From the NCBI GenBank assembly GCA_963805945.1, contig CAWDVP010000003.1, positions 128,001 to 192,000 of the forward strand: a DNA stretch of 64,000 bases. The letters are read 5' to 3'. The position numbers and the translations under genes were made by a program. Positions 58,185 through 64,000 of this stretch are shown in pieces. A model generated the notes under the pieces. The model was not told where the DNA came from. It did not search any database and saw only the letters and a program-made list of their open reading frames with translations. Every line of letters starts with the position of its first letter. Position 1 is the stretch's first letter. This DNA is from Vulcanimicrobiota bacterium (GTDB taxonomy: Bacteria; Vulcanimicrobiota; Vulcanimicrobiia; Eremiobacterales; Eremiobacteraceae).

Positions 58185-58266
58185 GGGTCGAGCTTTAGCT
58201 CGACCCAGTTGAATTTATTCGACCGAGGCGGCGTCTCTGACGGTCGAGTAAACTCGACCGCTCCAC
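58179..58266. repeat. REP cluster (composite plus an inverted copy) upstream of mutL
   Basis: ATGTAG-GGGTCGAGC-TTTA-GCTCGACCC, then GAATTTATTCGACCG, then CGGTCGAG-TAAA-CTCGACCG-CTCCAC. Confidence 0.9.
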
Positions 58267-58307
58267 ACCAAGAGATTGAAGCGCGAGGCGGCGAAGCGCC
58301 CGAGCGC

Positions 58308-60020
58308 ATGCAACCCCGCGCCATCCGCCAGCTCGACGCCGCGACCATCGCGCAGATCGCCGCCGGCGAGGTCATCGAGCGGCCGATCTCGGTCGTCAAA
58401 GAACTCGTTGAGAACAGCCTCGACGCCGGCGCGCACGCGATCCTCGTCGACGTGGTGGACGGCGGCCGTACCAGCATCGCGGTGAGCGACGACGGCGCGG
58501 GCATCGCGCGCGATCAGCTGGCTCTCGCGCTGGCGCGCCACGCCACCAGCAAGCTTGTCGCCTCGAGCGATCTCTTCGCGATCCGGACCTTGGGCTTTCG
58601 CGGCGAGGGCCTGGCGAGCATCGCCGCGGCGGGCGCGGTCGAATTGATCTCGCGTCCGGTGGGCGACGAGATCGGCGCGCGCATCGAGGCGCATGGCACG
58701 CACGTCGGCAAGCCGGCGGCGCATGCAGCGCCGCCCGGCACGAAGGTCGTGGTGCGTGATCTGTTCTCGCTCACCCCGGCGCGGCGCGAGTTCATGAAGA
58801 GCGGCCGGGCGGAGTTCGCGCGCATCAGCGCGTTCTTGAGCCGGCTCGCGCTCGGCTGGCCGCAGGTCGCCTTCGCCTTGCGCCACGACGGCAAAGACGT
58901 GTGGGCGCTGCCGGCGGTGCGCGACGCCGTCGACCGCCTCGAGATGGTGTTCGGACGCGGTTCGCGCGGCACGCTCATCGCCATCGAGGCGAGCGACGTC
59001 GCGGGCGCCGTAGCGGTGAGCGGCTACGTCAGCCGGCCGGGCAGCGACCGGCCTAACCGCGAGGGTCAGATCTTCTTCGTGAACGGCAGGCTCGTGCGCA
59101 GCGGCGCGCTCGGCGCGGCGTGGCTTGCCGGACAGGCGTCGTTCGGCATGACCGGCCGCTATCCGTTCGGCGCGATCGCGGTGACGCTGCCGCCGGAAGA
59201 CGTCGACGTCAACGTCCATCCCACCAAGATCGAAGTGCGCTTCGCGCGCGGCAACGAGATCTTCGACGCGGTCCGCATCGCCGTCGCGCGCACGCTGCGC
59301 GCGACCGAGCCGGTCCGGACGATATCCGACGCTGCATTCGCGTCCGTGCACGACGCGCCGCTCCATTCCTACGCGCCGGCGCAGCAGCGCTTCGACGCGT
59401 CGCCGCAGGACGGAGCGGCGCCGCGAATCGCACCGCTCCACGTCGCGGCGACGGGCGACGTGCGCGTGTACGGGCAGATCGATCAGACCTATATCGTGGC
59501 GGGTGACGCGTCCGGCATGTTCGTCATCGATCAGCATGCCGCGCACGAGCGCGTCGCCTATGAGGCGATCCTCGAGCGCGCAGGCGCGGCGGAGACGGGC
59601 GCCGCGCTGCTGTTCCCCGCGATCGTCGAGCTCACCGACGCGCAGGCCGCCGTGCTCCACGATCACGAGGACGAACTGGCGAAAACGGGCGTCGTGGTCG
59701 AAGCGTTCGGCGAACGCTCGTATCGCTTGAGCGCGCTGCCAGGCGGCTACGAGAAAAGACGCTTCGATCTCGCGGGCATCCTCGACGATCTGGAGACCGA
59801 CGACGCCGCGCGCGAGGGCGCGGCGCATCGCAATCGCGTGCTGGCCACCATCGCCTGTCATTCGGTCGTACGCGCGCACGAACCGCTGTCGCTGCAAGAG
59901 CAGGCGGTGCTCTACGATCGCCTCATGCGCTGCAAGGATCCCCACACCTGTCCGCACGGCCGGCCGACGATGCTGCGCATCGACGCGGCGTCGCTCGCGC
60001 GCGCCTTCGGCCGCGCGTAG
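58308..60020 (+). CDS. mutL: DNA mismatch repair endonuclease MutL
   Basis: IAAGEVIERP..VVKELVENSLDA; HATSK; GFRGE; DVNVHPTK; endonuclease motifs DQHAAHER, ACH and CPHGRP. Confidence 0.97.
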   Translation: MQPRAIRQLDAATIAQIAAGEVIERPISVVKELVENSLDAGAHAILVDVVDGGRTSIAVSDDGAGIARDQLALALARHATSKLVASSDLFAIRTLGFRGEGLASIAAAGAVELISRPVGDEIGARIEAHGTHVGKPAAHAAPPGTKVVVRDLFSLTPARREFMKSGRAEFARISAFLSRLALGWPQVAFALRHDGKDVWALPAVRDAVDRLEMVFGRGSRGTLIAIEASDVAGAVAVSGYVSRPGSDRPNREGQIFFVNGRLVRSGALGAAWLAGQASFGMTGRYPFGAIAVTLPPEDVDVNVHPTKIEVRFARGNEIFDAVRIAVARTLRATEPVRTISDAAFASVHDAPLHSYAPAQQRFDASPQDGAAPRIAPLHVAATGDVRVYGQIDQTYIVAGDASGMFVIDQHAAHERVAYEAILERAGAAETGAALLFPAIVELTDAQAAVLHDHEDELAKTGVVVEAFGERSYRLSALPGGYEKRRFDLAGILDDLETDDAAREGAAHRNRVLATIACHSVVRAHEPLSLQEQAVLYDRLMRCKDPHTCPHGRPTMLRIDAASLARAFGRA

Positions 60021-60027
60021 GACGCCG

Positions 60028-60952
60028 ATGAGCGGTCTGCGCGCGCTGGCGCTGTGCGGGCCGACCGCATCGGGCAAGAGCGAGTTCGCGTCGCGGCTCG
60101 CCGCAGAATTCAACGGCGAGATCGTCAACGCCGATTCGCGCCAGGTCTATGAAGGTATGCGCATCGGCACCGGCTGGCCCACGGACGAACAGTTCCGGCG
60201 CGCGCCGCACCATCTCTACGGCACAGTGCGTGCAGACGAACGGTATAACGCCGGTCGCTTCGTCGACGACGCGACGCGCGCCATCGAGGGCATCCGGGCG
60301 CGCGGCAGTCTCCCGATCGTCGTCGGCGGCACCGGTCTGTATATCGAAGCGCTCGCCGGCAGCATGCCGCTCGATCGCCCTGTGGCGAGCGAGCCGCTGC
60401 GGGCGCGCGTCCGGCACGAGGCGGCCGTCCATCCGCATGCCGCGCTGCGCGACTGGCTCGCGGCCATCGCGCCCGAGGCCGCGGAGAGGATCGCGCCGGG
60501 CGACCGCTACCGGACCTTGCGCGGGTTAGAAGCGGCGCTGGCCGCCCGGGATGCGGCCCCCGGCACAGACCCGCGCGGATCCCGCCGCCCGCGTCGCGCT
60601 GGACCTCGTCGTGCTCGAAGCAGGCGCGGCAGAGCTCGCCCAGCGCATCGCGGGCCGCGTCGCGGCGATGTTCGCCGCCGGCCTGGTGGACGAAGCGCTG
60701 GCGATCCGCGCGCGCTTCGGGGCTGCGCCCGCGCTCACCGGCATCGGCTACGCCGAAGCGCTGGCGTTTGCGGACGGGCTGGCGACCGCCGGCGAGGCGC
60801 GCGCGCTCGCGACCACGCGGACGCGGGCGTATGCCAAACGACAGCAGACGTGGTTTCGACGGCTGCCGGAGGCGCTGCGTCTCGATGCGTTCGGCGCGGC
60901 GACATGGGATGCGCTGCGCGACAAAGCAAGGGAATATCCGGCGGCGACGTGA
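60028..60952 (+). CDS. miaA: tRNA dimethylallyltransferase, frameshift at about 60550-60590
   Basis: GPTASGKS; NADSRQVY; VGGTGLY in one frame; M...GLVDE, GIGYAE, TRAYAKRQ.TWFR in the next. Confidence 0.93.
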
Positions 60953-61028
60953 ACGGATGTGAGGTTCTCCCTACAGAGAAGAGCGCCCGCGTCGCGTGCG
61001 CGGCGGTCGAAGAGAGTCGGAGACGTTC

Positions 61029-61337
61029 GTGAAGACCAACCTGCCCCTGCAAGATGCATACCTGCTCGCGATCAAGCGCGAGAACGCACCCGTGACGATC
61101 TACCTGCGCAACGGTTTCCAACTGCGCGGCCACGTGCGGGGCTTTGATAATTTCACCATCGTGCTCGAGTACGACAACAAGCCGCATCTCGTGTACAAAC
61201 ATGCCGTCTCGACCGTGTCGCCGCAGACGCCGGTGCAGTTCTCGGGCGGCGACCTCGCCAACGCGCAGCGCCCCTCGACGAATTCCGAAGCGCCGGCCCC
61301 GATCGCCGAAGCCGCCGCGCATGCCGTCGACGGCTGA
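61029..61337 (+). CDS. hfq: RNA chaperone Hfq
   Basis: LQDAYL; VTIYL.NGFQLRG....FDNF; LVYKHAVST; follows miaA. Confidence 0.96.
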   Translation: MKTNLPLQDAYLLAIKRENAPVTIYLRNGFQLRGHVRGFDNFTIVLEYDNKPHLVYKHAVSTVSPQTPVQFSGGDLANAQRPSTNSEAPAPIAEAAAHAVDG

Positions 61338-61363
61338 CCGGCCCTTCAGCACGGAATAGACCC

Positions 61364-62188
61364 GTGCCCGTGCTTCCGATCACCAAGTGCCAGGGAACCG
61401 GCAACGACTTCGTGCTGTTCGACAACCGCACAGGCCGCACGTGCGACTATCCGGCGCTGGCTCGGGCGTTGTGCGACCGCCGATTCGGCGTTGGCGCCGA
61501 CGGGTTGCTCGCGCTCGTCGCCGCATCGTCGCCGGCCGCCGATTGCGGCATGCGCATCTTCAACGCCGACGGCAGCGAAGCCGAGATGTGCGGCAACGGC
61601 ATCCGTTGCGCCGCGCTGTACCTGGCGCGCGCGAACGGCGCTGATGGCCCGCGCGCGTTCGAGACGGCAGCCGGCGTCGTGCGCACCGAACCGGGCTCCG
61701 TCCAAGGCTCGGTGAGGGTCGATATGGGCATGCCCACGCGCCGGCCGCCGGCGGCGTTCGATCTTGACGGAGAGAAGATGGAATTCACGCGCGTCGCGAT
61801 CGGCAATCCACACGCCGTCGTGTTCGTCGATGAGCCGCTGGAGACGTTCGATCTCGAGCGCCTCGCCGCGCGTCTCGCGCGTGAGGGCGCGGACAGCGGC
61901 GGCATCAACGTCGAAGTCGCGCGCGTCGACGGCACGGCGATCGCCATGCGCGTGTCGGAGCGCGGCGTCGGCGAGACCTGGGCATGCGGCACCGGGGCCA
62001 TCGCGACGGCCGTCGCCGCCATCGCAAGCGGCCGCGCCGCATCACCGGTGGAGATCGTCACCAAAGGCGGCAGCACGACGGTGAGCTGGGGCGGCGAGGG
62101 CACGGCTGCATTCTTGACCGGACCGGCGCGGCTCGTGTTCGACACGACGGTCGAAGTGACCGACGCCTCTTTCCGGCCCGGCGCGTGA
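61364..62188 (+). CDS. dapF: Diaminopimelate epimerase
   Basis: GTGNDF; RRFGVGADG; NADGSEAEMCGNG; GNPH; ERGVGET.ACGTG. Confidence 0.96.
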   Translation: MPVLPITKCQGTGNDFVLFDNRTGRTCDYPALARALCDRRFGVGADGLLALVAASSPAADCGMRIFNADGSEAEMCGNGIRCAALYLARANGADGPRAFETAAGVVRTEPGSVQGSVRVDMGMPTRRPPAAFDLDGEKMEFTRVAIGNPHAVVFVDEPLETFDLERLAARLAREGADSGGINVEVARVDGTAIAMRVSERGVGETWACGTGAIATAVAAIASGRAASPVEIVTKGGSTTVSWGGEGTAAFLTGPARLVFDTTVEVTDASFRPGA

Positions 62189-63461
62189 CGACCGCTGCGC
62201 CGGCGCGCCGTGCGCCAGCCGCGGTCTTCGCGCGCGCGGATGGCGCGGTGTTGGATCTGCCCGGTCTGCATCTCGCCGTCGATGGTGGCCGGATCGCGCC
62301 GGCGCGCGCCGAGGACTTCATTGCGCTGCCGAAGGGCGCGTTGCTGCTGACCCTGCCGGGCCGCAGCGTGCTGGCGTATCGCGGTTCCGAGCGAGTCGAG
62401 CTCGATGCGTTCGAAGGCGCTCCCATCGACGCGGTGGCGGCAGCGCTGCCGCTCGGCTACACGCGCACGCTGCTGCCGGCGTTCGCGACGCGGCCCGGTG
62501 CGCCGCCGCTGCCGCTGTACGGCTACGCCGCGGTGGGCTGGCGCGATGGCGGCCTGTGCGTCGCGGCGATGCGCACTGACCACCTCGAGGCGTGGTCCGC
62601 CGCCGCGCATGAAGACCAAGCGCTCGAGCGGGCGATCGCGGCGCGCAATGAAGAGTTTCCCGGCAGTCCGCTGCTGCGCCAGCTCGAACGCTGCGCGCTC
62701 GAGTACGGCTGCTATACCGCGCAGAACGCGTTTCTGCGCCAGGGCGAGGCGGCGATCCCGTTCTCGCCGGCCTGCAACGCGCGCTGCATCGGCTGCATCT
62801 CAGAGCAAGAGCCGGACGCCGGCATCGAGAGCGCGCAGCAGCGCGTGCGCGCGTACGCATCCGTGCGCGACGCGGTGGCGCTGGGGGCGGCGCATCTCGA
62901 GCGCGCCGACGCTGCGATCGTGTCGTTCGGCCAGGGTTGCGAAGGCGAGCCGCTGCTCGCGGCGCCGCAGATCGCCGAGACGATCCGCGGCATGCGCGCG
63001 CGCACCTCGCGCGGCGTGATCCACTGCAACACCAATGCGAGCGTGCCGCGCGCGCTAGCGGAGCTGCTCGACGCGGGCCTGCAGTCGGTGCGCGTCAGCC
63101 TCAACGCGGCGCGGCCGCAAGCATATGCCGCATACTACCGGCCGCGCGGTTACGGCTTCAGCGACGTGGAGGCGAGCATCAAGCTCGCGGTCGAGCGCGG
63201 CGCGACGGTCTCGCTCAATCTGCTCACGCATCCGGGCGTCACGGACGATCCCGACGAGATGGACGCGTTCGCCGCACTGCTCGACCGGCATGCGATCGCG
63301 ATGGTGCAGACGCGCACGCTCAACGTCGACCCACAGACGTACTTCGCGGCGGTCGGGCAGTCCGCAGCGCGAACCGATCGGCATGCGGCGTTGGCTGGCG
63401 ATGGATGAAGAGGACGTTCCCGCGCGTCCGTTTGGGGAACTTCACGCGCGGCTTCGGCTAG
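62185..63461 (+). CDS. Radical SAM protein of unknown function, frameshift near 63360
   Basis: SPACNARCIGCISEQ; LPLYGYAAV; SFGQGCEGEPL; RVSLN; the C-terminus continues in another frame to LGNF. Confidence 0.85.
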
Positions 63462-63475
63462 GCGGCGTTCTCGGG

Positions 63476-63892
63476 CTAGCTCTTGCGGGCCCGGTCGACC
63501 TCGTGCGCGACCGCGTTCATCACGATCTCCGTGCCGCTGATCACCGAATCGATGCCCAGCTCCTCGAAGATCGCCTTGTTCTTCGGGTTGTTGACGCGCG
63601 CGATCGTGCGCGGCCGGGCGAAGCGCTTCTTGGTCACCAAGCAGATGACGAGATTGTCCTCGTCGTCGCCGGTGTCGGCGATCACCGCGTCGGCGCGCGT
63701 CGCGCCGGCCTCCTCGAGGACCACGGGATCACAGCCGTCGCCGAGCTGCGCGATCTCGGCGTTGAGGTTCTGCGCCAGCGCCTGCGCTTTGCGCTCGTTC
63801 TTCTCGATGACGACGACCTCGTGCTTCTCCTCGAGCAGCGCGCGCGCGAGGTAGGTGCCGAGCTTGCCGCCGCCCACGACGATGAGGAACAT
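63476..63892 (-). CDS. TrkA-N (RCK) potassium uptake NAD-binding protein
   Basis: IVVGGGKLG; GDG.D..VL.EAG; ADAVIA.TGDDEDN; IARVNNP. Confidence 0.92.
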   Translation of the reverse strand: MFLIVVGGGKLGTYLARALLEEKHEVVVIEKNERKAQALAQNLNAEIAQLGDGCDPVVLEEAGATRADAVIADTGDDEDNLVICLVTKKRFARPRTIARVNNPKNKAIFEELGIDSVISGTEIVMNAVAHEVDRARKS

Positions 63893-64000
63893 CAGCGCGC
63901 CGCCAGCGCCGGAGCGATCGTCTTGCGATATTCCGCTTCGGCCTCGGGCGCGACGATGGCGACCACCTTGTCGCCCGCCTCGAGCCGCAGGTCGCTGGTG
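63892..64000 (-). CDS. 3' end of a TrkA-family protein (RCK C-terminal), truncated by the window edge
   Basis: ...DLRLEAGDKVVAIVA...; TGA overlaps the next ATG. Confidence 0.6.
   Translation of the reverse strand, partial: TSDLRLEAGDKVVAIVAPEAEAEYRKTIAPALAAR

Noticed and set aside
2042..58266. Palindromic repeats as a CRISPR array
   Set aside because: The copies are dispersed rather than regularly spaced, there are no spacers, and no cas genes are present.
58209..58307. N-terminal extension of MutL in the ORF track
   Set aside because: It is translated REP sequence; MutL similarity starts near the ATG at 58308.
147..63854. Hundreds of long alternative-frame and antisense ORFs (for example 2411-4057, 19828-21429, 35101-36858, 58215-60128)
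   Set aside because: Arg/Ala-rich shadow ORFs expected in high-GC DNA; each overlaps a gene with clear family motifs.

Overview
High-GC bacterial chromosomal segment with dense housekeeping, envelope and transport genes and no prophage, CRISPR array, rRNA or tRNA that I can see. The gene content points to a diderm Terrabacteria lineage such as Candidatus Eremiobacterota (inference only). Supporting features are a Firmicutes-like miaB-mutS-mutL-miaA-hfq cluster together with TolC and outer-membrane-type proteins, many orphan family-5 solute-binding proteins, and stalk-domain proteins. Recognisable genes are thyX, bioA-bioF-bioD-bioB, hemL, a benzoate-CoA-type ligase with a divergent Liv-type ABC operon, a two-component pair, dppA-type peptidase, ubiX, efp, plsY, der, miaB, mutS, mutL, miaA, hfq and dapF. 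About ten single-base frameshifts in conserved genes look like long-read assembly errors. Main highlights: (1) a hidden AhpD/CMD selenoprotein (CxxU, in-frame UGA followed by a SECIS-like hairpin) that the ORF track splits in two; (2) a GTAG-type REP family with covarying stems that supplies the stop codons of six genes and has one copy inside mutS; (3) a recurring ECF-type promoter motif, one copy of which seems to drive an unannotated ~100-nt sRNA; (4) tandem stalk-domain/Pro-linker/beta-barrel proteins that may tether the outer membrane, one with a GGA-rich upstream region; (5) a lower-GC HTH plus nucleotidyltransferase module with a tandem inverted-repeat operator; (6) a three-member uncharacterised secreted 'AP(A/G)DEYFG' family; (7) a ~270-nt double-hairpin intergenic element.
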